Shown piece by piece: positions 26,121 through 39,000 of a DNA stretch of 64,000 nt. Source of the DNA: Macrostomum lignano (Eukaryota); assembly GCA_002269645.1 (NCBI GenBank), contig NIVC01000623.1:124001-188000 (forward strand), read 5' to 3'. A model generated the notes under the pieces. It was not told where the DNA came from, did not search any database, and saw only the letters and a list, made by a program, of their open reading frames with translations. Numbering within the stretch: position 1 is the stretch's first letter; each line of letters starts with the position of its first letter. The position numbers and the translations under genes were made by a program.

Positions 26121-26699
26121 ATAGTAGTGGTGAGTCAGAACCCTCCTCATCATTAAGCATTCAACCAGCGAAGCATGATAGCTGAGATCGGAATTCATGA
26201 GCAACTCAAACTCGCAACTGGAATTAACGCGAGTAACAAAGCCAATCTAAATAAGTGAGCGAGATGGAGTGGGCAACTCTGTCAAACTGAATGTCTAGTC
26301 TGATTCAGATAGCTAATTTAATAGTAAAGTCAGTTAATTGCATCCCCACTTTTAGCAAGCCAGACAAGGGTGTGCTTGATTATGCTCTAGTTTAATCACT
26401 GCTGACAAATAAAGTTTGACGTCAAAACACACAATGCAACGGGGATCGCTGTTAGCTTGAAAACGCAAAACCGCTGTGGGCTTAATTCGGCACCTTTTTG
26501 AGCTGAGGAGAGGCGTTTACCTTTTATGGTTAGCACTGACACCTTTTTGACAATCGAAAGGAGCTGCTGCTCTTTTGAGGCTGGAAGCCAAAAATCGGAA
26601 GGTGTGAAGCGAGAGGTGTGAGCACCGCTGGCAAAGCAAGCGGGGAGAGGAGAGGCTTTGGTGCTGAGTTGACCACTGAGAAGGATGGGGGAATTAGGA

Positions 26700-27370
26700 G
26701 TAGAATGAGATATGAGAAAGAGAAGGGGACAGAGAATGCAGAGGGGAGAAATGTAGAGAGAGGGGGAGAGAGGAAGAGAGAAGAGGGGGGAGGGGAGAGA
26801 GGGAGAGGAGGGAGGGGGTGAGGGGAGAGGGGAGAGGAGAGAGGAGAGAGGGAGAGGGAGAGAGGAGAGAGGGAGAGGGGAGAGGGGAGAGAGGAGAGAG
26901 GGAGAGGGAGAGAGGAGAGAAGGAGAGAGAAGAAAGGAGAGAGGAGAAAGGAGAGAGGGAGAGGGGAGAGGGAGAGGGGGGAGGGAGTGAAGGGAGGGGG
27001 AGAGGGGAGAGAGGAGAGAGGGAGAGAGGAGAAAGGAGAGAGGAGAAAGGAGAGACGGAGAGGGGAGAGGGAGAGAGGAGAGAGGAGAAAGGAGAGAGGG
27101 AGAGGGGAGAGGGAGAGAGGAGAAAGGAGAAAGGAGAGAGGGAGAGGGAGAGGGAGAGGGGAGAGGGAGAGAGGAGAAAGGAGAAAGGAGAGAGGGAGAG
27201 GGGAGAGGGAGAGAGGAGAGAGGAGTAAGGAGAGAGGGAGAGGGAGAGGGAGAGAGGAGAGAGGAGTAAGGAGAGAGGGAGAGGGGAGAGGGAGAGAGGA
27301 GAAAGGAGTAAGGAGAGAGGGAGAGGGGAGAGGGGAGAGACGGAGAGGGGAGAGGGGAGAGGAGGGAGAG
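26700..27370. repeat. GA-rich low-complexity tract
   Basis: Purine-only degenerate GGAGAG repeats. Confidence 0.9.
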
Positions 27371-28199
27371 TCCTCAAACCCCAAAGCACCGACACTAACG
27401 CAGATGATGTTGCTAACGCAGATGTTTTTAAGCGAAGTGCCGATATTTCGAGTTCGGTTACTTTTCGTCAGGGCAGAATGCGAGTAAAGTTGATTTGGCA
27501 CAAATTGCCGCCAATATTTAAAGGCGATAACGTCAGGGAGAAGACAGGGTTTGAGGGAGAGGAGGAGAGGGAAGAGAAGGAGAGGGAGGCGCATGTACAA
27601 TCCACGATAAATAGCCGAATGAACAAAAAGAAAAGGAGCCGATATTCTGATAAAAGGAATTTTCAATATTTAAAGAAAAGAGAGAGAACATGGGGAGAGA
27701 TGGTTTGAAAAGAGGCCAGGGCAGAGAAAGAGAGGAGAAAAAGTAAAAATTTTAGAAGAGAATAAAACAGTTTGGCTATTTCCCAATTCCCTGTGTCAGC
27801 TCTAGAGATAAAGAGAGCATAATCTGGTATTTTTTAACAAGCAGAGAATTTGCAGCAGCCCTCAATTACACTGGAGCAGCTGCACAGCAACCTATCTAAA
27901 ACCAAGGATACAGAATAAAGGCATGTAATTAAAAGCCAATTTCAGAACCATGGCCTCACGAGGAAATTCGAGGGCTATTCGAATAGATGAAGCCTGACTG
28001 TCTTGACAAGTCGCGTGACCGAGAAGGGGTCTCAGGCGGATTCTGAAACAAAAATTTCTTAACCTTCACTGAACCCCTAGGGGCATGATTTGTGCAGACA
28101 CACACACACACGCACACAAGATAAAGCTACTTTGCTATCAGGACCTGCAGTCAGGCAAAACAAAACAAGTAATTATGATTGGATTTTCAGACTTCATTA

Positions 28200-28376
28200 T
28201 TATATAAAAGACTTTTTTCGCTTGATTTCAAAACTTTGCCACTGCAGGGTCCTGCAGCTGAGACACCACAGCTCATAGCCTGAGGGCGGGATGGGCTCGA
28301 TTTGGGGCGGAGCAGGCAGGTCCTCCGCCATGTGGAAAATCTTCCTCTTACACAAGCGCTGCCTGTTCGGGGAGTC
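28200..28376 (-). CDS. Possible isolated coding exon, unknown product
   Basis: Pyrimidine-rich acceptor TTTTACTCCATACAG followed by DSPNRQRLCKRKIFHMAEDLPAPPQIEPIPPSGYELWCLSCRTLQW. Partner exons not established. Confidence 0.3.
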   Translation of the reverse strand, partial: DSPNRQRLCKRKIFHMAEDLPAPPQIEPIPPSGYELWCLSCRTLQWQSFEIKRKKSFI

Positions 28377-28423
28377 CTGTATGGAGTAAAATGGTTGGAG
28401 CGGTTGGACGCTTAACACTCAAC

Positions 28424-28788
28424 ACCCAAGCTTCACAATCCCCAAGCTTCACAATCCCCAAGCTTCACAATCCCCAAGCTTCACAATCCCCAAGCTTCAC
28501 AATCCCCAAGCTTCACAATCCCCAAGCTTCACAATCCCCAAGCTTCACAATCCCCAAGCTTCACAATCCCCAAGCTTCACAATCCCCAAGCTTCACAATC
28601 CCCAAGCTTCACAATCCCCAAGCTTCACAATCCCAAGCTTCACAATCCCCAAGCTTCACAATCCCCAAGCTTCACAATCCCGAAGATTCACAATCCCCAA
28701 GCTTCACAATCCCCAAGCTTCACAATCCCCAAGCTTCACAATCCACAAGCTTCACAATCCCAAGCCTCACAATCCCAAGCTTCACAAT
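28424..28788. repeat. 16-bp minisatellite (AAGCTTCACAATCCCC)n
   Basis: Unit read directly. Confidence 0.94.
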
Positions 28789-29214
28789 TCAAAGCCGAAT
28801 TCAAACCAAACACATGGGCGGGTCAGCCATGCAGTCCAGATTGTCTCTCCAGTACTCCATGACCTGACGCTTCCTCTCAGTCCTTCCCCTTCCATATTTG
28901 TCTGACTTCATCGGCCGCATACTGAATTAGAGTTGCGAATGGAAGGTGAATGAATTGAAGCGCAAGGCTATTTGGGATCGTGAATAATTACTCGCGTCCC
29001 GGATTTCGGATTTTGCGGGCTCATTGCCCAGCCTAAGGGGATGGCTCAGCCGCTGCAGCTCTCGCCTAGCATTAGACAGTGAAAGTCAGTGAGAAGGGAA
29101 AAAGAAAATCTTCCTATCTAAGAGAGGCTTTCAGGGAGTGGATATAGGGAGTATTCTCTATGCTATGAGATTTTTTAGGATAAGATTCTCCGTTCTTACA
29201 GGCAAGATTCTCTG

Positions 29215-29690
29215 GTGTAAGACTCTCAGATTGAATACTATCTAAGGGGTGAGACTCTCAGATTGAAGTCTAAGGGTGAGACTCTCAGATTGAAGTCTAA
29301 GGGTGAGACTCTCAGATTGAAGTCTAAGGGTGAGACTCTCAGATTGAAGTCTATTAAAGAGTGAAACTCTTAGATTGAAGTCTAAGGGTGAGACTCTCAG
29401 ATTGAAGTCTGTCTAAGGGGTGAGACTCTTAGGTTAAAGTTTATCTAAGAATGAGACTCTCAAATTCAAGCCTGTTTCAGGGGTGAGGCTCTCAGATTGA
29501 AGTCTAAGGGTGAAACTCTCAGATTGGAGTCTATTTAAGGGTGAGGCTCTCAAAGTAAACCCCATCTAAGGGTGAGACTCTCAGGTTGGAGTCTATTTAA
29601 GGGTGAGACTCTCAGGTTGGAGTCTATTTAAGGGTGAGGCTCTCAAAGTAAACCCCATCTAAGGGTGAGACTCTCAGATTGAAGCCTCTA
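29215..29690. repeat. Degenerate ~27-bp minisatellite (TCTAAGGGTGAGACTCTCAGATTGAAG)n
   Basis: Recurrent AAGGGTGAGACTCTCAG core. Confidence 0.88.
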
Positions 29691-30088
29691 TAAGGGGGGA
29701 GATTCGGTGATAAAGTATCCTCTGAGGTGAAGACTATTATACGAGTAGTAGGTAAGCAAATCTGGCCATCAGTCTGCAGCTGCAACTCCTGAGCTCAGTG
29801 AAGCAATTAACTGAGTGAGAAAACAGTTGACAAGCAACTCGTATCGGTGTCAATCAGTGTGTTAAAGTTTTTCCAAATTAGCCAGGTGGCAAAGCCCCCT
29901 GCTGCGAATTGACAGGCCTGAGGCCGCAGCCGGCCATTGGCCAGACTGACTGGCCAATAGAAGCCTGCCTGTCTTATCTAATAAATAGGCGCAGAGCTGG
30001 CAGTGTCTCTCGCACTTCAATACAGAAACCGATTGCCTGTTTTCTGTTTCACAGTCTTTTTTACTGATCTTTCTTTAAGCAGCAACCA

Positions 30089-33000
30089 ATGCAGGAGATG
30101 CCGCCGCAGGAGCTGGAAATTCGGCCCTGGAAGATGCACAAGCAGCAGCAGCAATTGCGGCGGAAGCGGCGTCTCTCCTGCGTTTCCCGATGGCTGACGG
30201 AGCTGCGCTGGTACGCTGAGTCCGATTGCTCTAACGTACTTCACGGCAAGGCGCTGCCTTCGGCGACAGCGGCGGCCGCGGCGGCGGCTGCTGATGCGGA
30301 CAGGCGGCGGCGAAGGCAGCGGCTGCCGGCCGCGGCCAGAGGTGAGGAGGGTCTGGCGTGAAAAGTGCGCGTGTACTTTTAGTGGTGTCTTATATCTACT
30401 CAACTATCCACCTCATATCTACTCAACTCTCCACCTCATGTCTACTCAACTCTCCACCTCATATCTACTCAACTCTCCACCTCATATCTACTCAACTCTC
30501 CACCTCATATCTACTCAACTCTCTACCTCATATCCACTCAACTTTCCACCTCATATCTACTCAACTCTCTACCTCATATCTACTCAACTCTCTACCTCAT
30601 ATCCACTCAACTCTCCACCTCATATCTACTCAACTGTCCACCTCATATCTACTCAACTGTCCACCTCATATCTACTCAACTGTCCACCTCATATCTACTC
30701 AACTCTCCACCTCATATCTACTCAACTCTCCACCTCATATCTACCATACCATCGATTTCAGCCTCAATCGAGCTGCTGGACGTCAAGGCTCGAATTGCGC
30801 TAACGGAATTCAAGGAGCTTTATGAGTGAGTCGACTTGGCGTTTTTTCGGATGAAAAACCTGATGTACCTGATGAACAACCCTAACTATTATTACCCACT
30901 AAAACCTCCAAATCAACTTCCAACCCCGAGCAGCAAGGCGGATCACCTGCCCGCGGCAAACTTAGCGGAAGCTGTACAGACAGTTTGCGGCTCCGCTGAC
31001 AGCTTCATCAACGAGACCCTGGCTTTGTTGTTGCCATGTGGTGGAGCCGACATAGACTGTGTGAGTGCCTAATTCGCTTGCTCACCCACCCGCCTGTAAT
31101 CACACACTCAGTTCACACAAGTGTTCAGCATTCACACTCTGCCTTTCTTTGTATTTTAATTAAACTGTTCATCCTTCCTCTCCCTGCCTCCCCATTCACT
31201 CTTTTCTCTCACTCTTTGTCTCCCATTCACTCTCTGTCTCCCATTCACTCTCTGTCTCCCATTCACTCTCTGTCTCCCATTCACTCTCTGTCTCCCATTC
31301 ACTCTCTGTCTCCCATTCACTCTCTGTCTCCCATTCACTCTCTGTCTCCCATTCACTCTCTGTCTCCCATTCACTCTCTGTCTCCCATTCACTCTCTGTC
31401 TCCCATTCACTCTCTGTCTCCCATTCACTCTCTGTCTCCCATTCACTCTTTGTCTTCCATTCACTCTCTGTCTCCCATTCACTCTTTGTCTTCCATTCAC
31501 TCTCTGTCTCCCATTCACTCTCTGTCTCCCATTCACTCTCTGTCTCCCATTCACTCTCTGTCTCCCATTCACTCTCTGTCTCCCATTCACTCTCTGTCTC
31601 CCATTCACTCTCTGTCTCCCATTCACTCTCTGTCTCCCATTCACTCTCTGTCTCCCATTCACTCTCTGTCTCCCATTCACTCTCTGTCTCCCATTCACTC
31701 TCTGTCTCCCATTCACTCTCTGTCTCCCATTCACTCTCTGTCTCCCATTCACTCTCTGTCTCCCATTCAATCTCTGTCTCCCATTCACTCTCTGCCTCCC
31801 ATTCACTCTCTGTCTCCCATTCACATTACCATAGCCAGGTTTGCGTGTCCACCCTCATCATCAGGCCTGTCTCTCTTTGGAGCAGACTATTTTAATTAGT
31901 CCAGCTACATCCCATCCCTTCATCGCCAGGCTTTATTCCCGAATCCCCCCAGTCTGCCCCCTCCCCGACTGTAGCGAAGGGAAAATTACTGTTGGCAAGA
32001 AAGAGAAAGAATCTTCCATTGAGAGGCAGCTGGGGGTTTAAACAAAAATCCCTTGATGAAGACGAACTGGCCTCGAATATGGATTCGTCAGACTTCTATC
32101 TAATTCTATGCAAGAGAAATTCGGTCTGTCTGAGCAGGCACGAGACAGCGCTGCAATATGCTCACTCTTGCCCAATAATTCCTCTTCACTTTTCTGTCTT
32201 CTCCCAAAAAAATCTTGGCAACGATGGTCCAGTCACGACGTCAGTGCCCCTGTCGCTGAGATGAGGACTGAGAACTGAGATGCGGAATTCGGGAACTCAT
32301 CAGGCGTGTTTTCTGCATCCCTCCTTTCTCTCAAACACACACATCCACACTCTCCCAAGCATCTCATCAACTCCATTGGGCTTAATCAATATATTTTATC
32401 TGTCTTTTTGTCTTCCTAATTTTGACTCACATTCTAACTTCCTCCATGCCGGCCTCTCCCCCTCATCCCCTCTCCCCTCATCCCCTCTCCCCTCATCCCC
32501 TCTCCCCTCATCCCCTCTCCCCTCATCCCCTCTCCCCTCATCCCCTCTCCCCTCATCCCCTCTCCCCTCATCCCCTCTCCCCTCATCCCCTCTCCCCTCA
32601 TCCCCTCTCCCCTCATCCCCTCTCCCCTCATCCCCTCTCCCCTCATCCCCTCTCCCCTCATCCCTCTCCCCTCATCCCCTCTCCCCTCATCCCCTCTCCC
32701 CTCATCCCCTCTCCCCTCATCCCCTCTCCCCTCATCCCCTCTCCCCTCATCCCCTCTCCCCTCATCCCCTCTCCCCTCATCCCCTCTCCCCTCATCCCCT
32801 CTCCCCTCATCCCCTCTCCCCTCATCCCCTCTCCCCTCATCCCCTCTCCCCTCATCCCCTCTCCCCTCATCCCCTCTCCCCTCATCCCCTCTCCCCTCAT
32901 CCCCTCTCCCCTCATCCCCTCTCCCCTCATCCCCTCTCCCCTCATCCCCTCTCCCCTCATCCCCTCTCCCCTCATCCCCTCTCCCCTCATCCCCTCTCCC

Positions 33001-36000
33001 CTCATCCCCTCTCCCCTCATCCCCTCTCCCCTCATCCCCTCTCCCCTCATCCCTCTCCCCTCATCCCCTCTCCCCTCATCCCCTCTCCCCTCATCCCCTC
33101 TCCCCTCATCCCCTCTCCCCTCTCCCCCTCATCCCCTCTCCCCTCATCCCCTCTCCCCTCTCCCCCTCATCCCCTCTCCCCTCATCCCTCTCCCCTCATC
33201 CCCTCTCCCCTCATCCCCTCTCCCCTCATCCCTCTCCCCTCATCCCCTCTCCCCTCATCCCTCTCCCTTCATCCCCTCTCTCCTCATCCCCTCTCCCCTC
33301 ATCCCCTCTCCCCTCATCCCCTCTCCCCTCTCTCCCTCTCCCCTCTCCCCCTCATCCCCTCTCTCATTCATCCCTTGTCCACCTCATCCCCTCTCCCCTC
33401 ATCCCCTCTCCCCTCATCCCCTCTCCCCTCATCCCCTCATCCCTCATCCTCTCACCCTTCATCCCTCTCTCCCCCTCTCTGCCCTCCCTCTCCCCCTCAC
33501 TCCCTCTCTCGCCTCTCCTCCTTTCCCGCTTTTAATGTTTCCCCTCTTTATCTCTCCTCCTTCCCCCTCTCCCCTTCCTCCCTCTGCCCCTCTCCCTCTC
33601 CATCTCTCATTCACTCCTCCCCTAATCTTCTCCTCCCCCTTTCCTTCTCATCCTCCCTCTCTTCCCATCTCTAACTTTCGTTCACGTCGTCGCCCTCTCT
33701 CTCACAAGGCCCATCTCTTCTTGTTTATTTTCCCTAGCAAATCAGCCCCCCCCCCTGAAATCCGAACATTCCCAATGCCACTAAGCTATTAGTGTTGCTC
33801 ACACCAGCCCAGCACATGGTCCCCGTAGAAACTGGGCATCTGCAATCGAAAGTGCAGTTTGGCCAGCTGTAGGCTTACCCACTAGTGCTTGGGCAACTTC
33901 GGGCCACTCAGCTTCACCGAATGATAAAGTCCCTCACCCTCTCCCATCATTTCCGAGCTCCCCACGCGCCAATCCCACTATTGGGTTCATCCGACGCCCC
34001 TGTCTGCACGGCCCTCGCTTGATTCGCATGGACTGCTCCAGCGCTGGGGTCCATTTCCTATTGACTGGAAATAAAGCAGCCCGCCTGCCTGCCACCCACC
34101 GGGTCTGAGCACTTGTGCAGAACCTCCTCGAGCTAGCAAAGCTTTACTTAACTTGGTTGCTTTCGCTTTCTCATTCCATTCTCCGCTCTTCTCCTATCGC
34201 CTTCCTTCTCTCCTCTTTCTTCAGTCTCTTCACTGGTTTGTGCAATCTACTAATGGGAGTGTCTCTGAGAGACCATGTTAGACGCTCATTGTGAACATGT
34301 TAGACACATAGCGAGACAATGTTAGATACTCACTGAGATAATGTTAGACACTCACTGAGATAAGGTTAGACACTCACTGAGATAAGGTTAGACACTTGTT
34401 AGACAATGTTAGACACTCACTGAGATAAGGTTAGACACTCACTGAGATAAGGTTAGACACTTGTTAGACAATGTTAGACACTCACTGAGATAAGGTTAGA
34501 CACTCACTGAGATAAGGTTAGACACTTGTTAGACAATGTTAGACACTCACTGAGATAAGGTTAGACACTCACTGAGATAAGGTTAGACACTTGTTAGACA
34601 ATGTTAGACACTCACTGAGATAAGGTTAGACACTTGTTAGATAATGTTAGACACTCACCGAGATAAGGTTAGACACTCACTGAGATAATGTTAGACACTC
34701 ACAGAGATAATGTTAGACACTCACCGAGATAATGTTAGACACTCACAGAGATAATGTTAGACACTCACTGAGATAATGTTAGACACTCACAGAGATAATG
34801 TCAGACACTCACTGAGATAATGTCAGACACTCACAGAGATAATGTCAGACACTCACTGAGATAATGTCAGACACTCACAGACATAATGTTAGACACTCAC
34901 AGACATAATGTTAGACAGTCACTGAGAAAATGTTAGACACTCACAGACATAATGTTAGACAGTCACTGAGATAATGTTAGACACTCACAGAGATAATGTC
35001 CGACACTCACTGAGAAAATGTTAGACACTCACAGAGATAATGTCCGACACTCACAGAGATAATGTCAGACACTCACAGAGATAATGTCAGACACTCACTG
35101 AGATAATGTCAGACACTCACAGACATACTGTTAGACACTCACAGACATAATGTTAGACAGTCACTGAGAAAATGTTAGACACTCACAGACATAATGTTAG
35201 ACAGTCACTGAGATAATGTTAGACACTCACAGACATAATGTTAGACACTCACTGAGAAAATGTTAGACACTCACAGAGATAATGTCCGACACTCACAGAG
35301 ATAATGTCAGACACTCACAGAGATAATGTCAGACACTCACTGAGATAATGTCAGACACTCACAGACATAATGTTAGACACTCACAGACATAATGTTAGAC
35401 AGTCACTGAGATAATGTTAGACACTCACAGACATAATGTTAGACACTCACTGAGAAAATGTTAGACACTCACAGACATAATGTTAGATACTCACTGAGAT
35501 AATGTTAGACACTCACTGAGATAATGTTAGACACTCACTGAGATAATGTTAGACACTCACTGAGATAAGGTTAGACACTTACCAAGATAATGTTAGACAC
35601 TCACAGACATAATGTTAGACACTCACCGAGATAATGTTAGACACTCACCGAGATAATGTTAGACACTCACTGAGATAATGTTAGACACTCACAGACATAA
35701 TGTTAGACACAAATTTGGAGTCGTTCACAGACAATTTCTTCACAACTCCGCGCTCCCTTTCAGATGAAGACTTTGGTGCATCAGCACTGCTGCAAGCTGC
35801 AACGTCAGGTCTCAAAAAGGTGAGCTCATTGACGATGTCTCTGCTTTTGCCAGGACTTAAGAACGGTCAACTTCCCTACTTAATTTCCCCTTTGATTTCG
35901 GAGAAATTAAGCACCACAGCCTTCCAGCATCCCCATTACTGATCTCCTACCGGATCTCCTTCATCTTCTAAATAGGCTTCTCTGCTCCTAAGCCGAAGCT

Positions 36001-39000
36001 TCTCTTTTTTGGCCGGCAGTTTCTCACCGACACCCTCGCCAAGGAGAAAAATTTATCGAGAGCTTTCGGCTTGGGGGGGGGGCTCTCGAGAGAGAAGCAA
36101 GACAGAGCGGACCGGAGAAGTTGGGCCAGTGTTTCCTTCCGTCTCCCTTTCACGCCTCCCCCCATTTTCTTCCCAGCGAGGTCCGGCGTAAATCACACAG
36201 AAATCCCCCTTGAAAAGCATTATCCCCTTTCTATCCCCTCCCTGTCTTTAGTTACTGATTAATGATGGTTGGTTGGCTGAGACTATTTTGCTGCAGTTCC
36301 GTACTCACTCCGATACTTTATAGGGTTGGAATGCATTGTTGTTCTTTTTTTCGTTTCATTGAAAGACTCGTAACCTTAAAAATATGATTATATCGTTGGA
36401 TAGACAGGCTTGTAAGTTTTTATCAGTTCTCAGTTAGACACAGGGGTGTCAACTCTTAGGCACAAGGACAAGGCTCTATCATGTTAGACACAGGTTGTCC
36501 CAAATTTTAGACACTGGCCTCTTACCTGTTGTTAGACATTTGTTCTCACCTGTTAGACCCAGGGCCTTCCCTGTTGTTAGACATATTATTCTCACCTGTT
36601 GGACACAGACGTCTCACCTGTTAGATACAGATACATCACCTGTTAGACAGAGACATATCACCTGTTAGACACAGACATATCACCTGTTAGACAGAGACAT
36701 ATCACCTGTTAGACACAGACATATCACCTGTTAGACACAGACATATCACCTGTTAGACACAGACATATCACCTGTTAGACACAGACATATCACCTGTTAG
36801 ACACAGACATATCACCTGTTAGACACAGACATATCACCTGTTAGACACAGACATATCACCTGTTAGATACGGAAATATCACCTGTTAGACACAGACATAT
36901 CACCTGTTAGATACGGACATATCACCTGTTAGACACAGACGTCTCATCTGTTAGACACAGACATATCACCTGTTAGATACAGATACATCACCTGTTAGAC
37001 ACAGATATATCACCTGTTAGATACAGTCATATCACCTGTTAGATACAGACATATCACCTGTTAGACACGGACATATCACCTGTTAGACACAGACATATCA
37101 CCTGTTAGATACAGTCATATCACCTGTTAGACACGGACATATCACCTGTTAGACACAGTCATATCACCTGTTAGATACAGTCATATCACCTGTTAGATAC
37201 AGACATATCACCTGTTAGACACAGACGTCTCATCTGTTAGACACGGACCTCTTACCTGTTGTTAGACATTTGTTCTCACCTGTTAGAGGCATAACTCTCA
37301 CCTGTTTACTGCTTTCTAAACCTTGGCGCCAAACTCAGCCGCGGCGCCGCCTGTCTTTCTGGCGCCAAAAACGGCCACCAGTGTCGCGCCGTTCGCACCC
37401 GGCTCTCGCAAGCAGCCGAGGCCCTGGCCGGATTAGCGCGTCAGGCCATCCTGCAGCTGCTGGCCGGACTGTCAGATGGCCTGGCCGAAGGCCAACTGGC
37501 GGCGGACGAAAACTGCGGACAGCGAAAATTCGGGGAGTTGACAGATCTGCACGCTCTGGCGCGGAAAGGGGAGCGATTCTGCGACCTAATTGCACAGGTG
37601 CGACATTGAGACCTTGGCTATTTAATATGATCTGTCATGCACCTGTTCTCTGTCTCTAATCTAATCATGCACCCGTTATGTATCTCTAATCTAGTCATGC
37701 ACATGTTCTGTGTCTCTATCTAATCATGCACCTGTTCTGTGTCTCTAATCTAATCATGCACCTGTTCTGTATCTAATCTAATCATGCACCTGTTCTGTGT
37801 CTCTAATCTAATCATGCACCTGTTCTCTGTCTCTAATCTAATCATGCACATGTTCTGTGTCTCTAATCTAATCATGCACATGTTCTCTGTCTCTAATCTA
37901 ATCATGCACCTGTTATGTGTCTCTAATCTAATCATGCACATGTTCTGTGTCTCTAATCTAATCATGCACCTGTTCTGTGTCTCTAATCTAATCATGCACC
38001 TGTTCTGTGTCTCTAATCTAATCATGTACCTGTTCTGTGTCTCTAATCTAATCATGCACCTGTTCTGTGTCTCTAATCTAATCATGTACCTGTTCTGTGT
38101 CTCTAATCTAATCATGCACCTGTTCTGTGTCTCTAATCTAATCATGCACATGTTCTGTGTCTCTAATCTAATCATGCACCTGTTATGTGTCTCTAATCTA
38201 ATCATGCACATGTTCTGTGTCTCTAATCAAAACATGCACATGTTCTCTGTCTCTAATCTAATCATGCACATGTTCTGTGTCTCTAATCTAATCATGCACA
38301 TGTTCTGTGTCTCTAAATCTAATCATGCACCTGTTCTGTGTCTCTAATCTAATCATGTACCTGTTCTGTGTCTCTAATCTAATCATGCACCTGTTCTGTG
38401 TCTCTAATCTAATCATGCACATGTTCTGTGTCTCTAATCTAATCATGCACCTGTTCTCTGTCTCTAATCTAATCATGCACATGTTATGTGTCTCTAATCT
38501 AATCATGCACATGTTCTGTGTCTCTAATCTAATCATGCACCTGTTATGTGTCTCTAAATCTAATCATGCACATGTTCTGTGTCTCTATCTAATCATGCAC
38601 CTGTTCTGTGTCTCTAATCTAATCATGCACCTGTTCTGTCTCTAATCTAATCATGCACCTGTTCTGTGTCTCTAATCTAATCATGCACATGTTCTCTGTC
38701 TCTAATCTAATCATGTACCTGTTCTGTGTCTCTAATCTAATCATGCACCTGTTCTGTGTCTCTAATCTAATCATGCACCTGTTCTGTATCTAATCTAATC
38801 ATGCACCTGTTCTGTGTCTCTAATCTAATCATGCACATGTTCTGTGTCTCTAATCTAATCATGCACATGTTCTCTGTCTCTAATCTAATCATGCACCTGT
38901 TATGTGTCTCTAATCTAATCATGCACATGTTCTGTGTCTCTAATCTAATCATGCACCTGTTCTGTGTCTCTAATCTAATCATGCACCTGTTCTGTGTCTC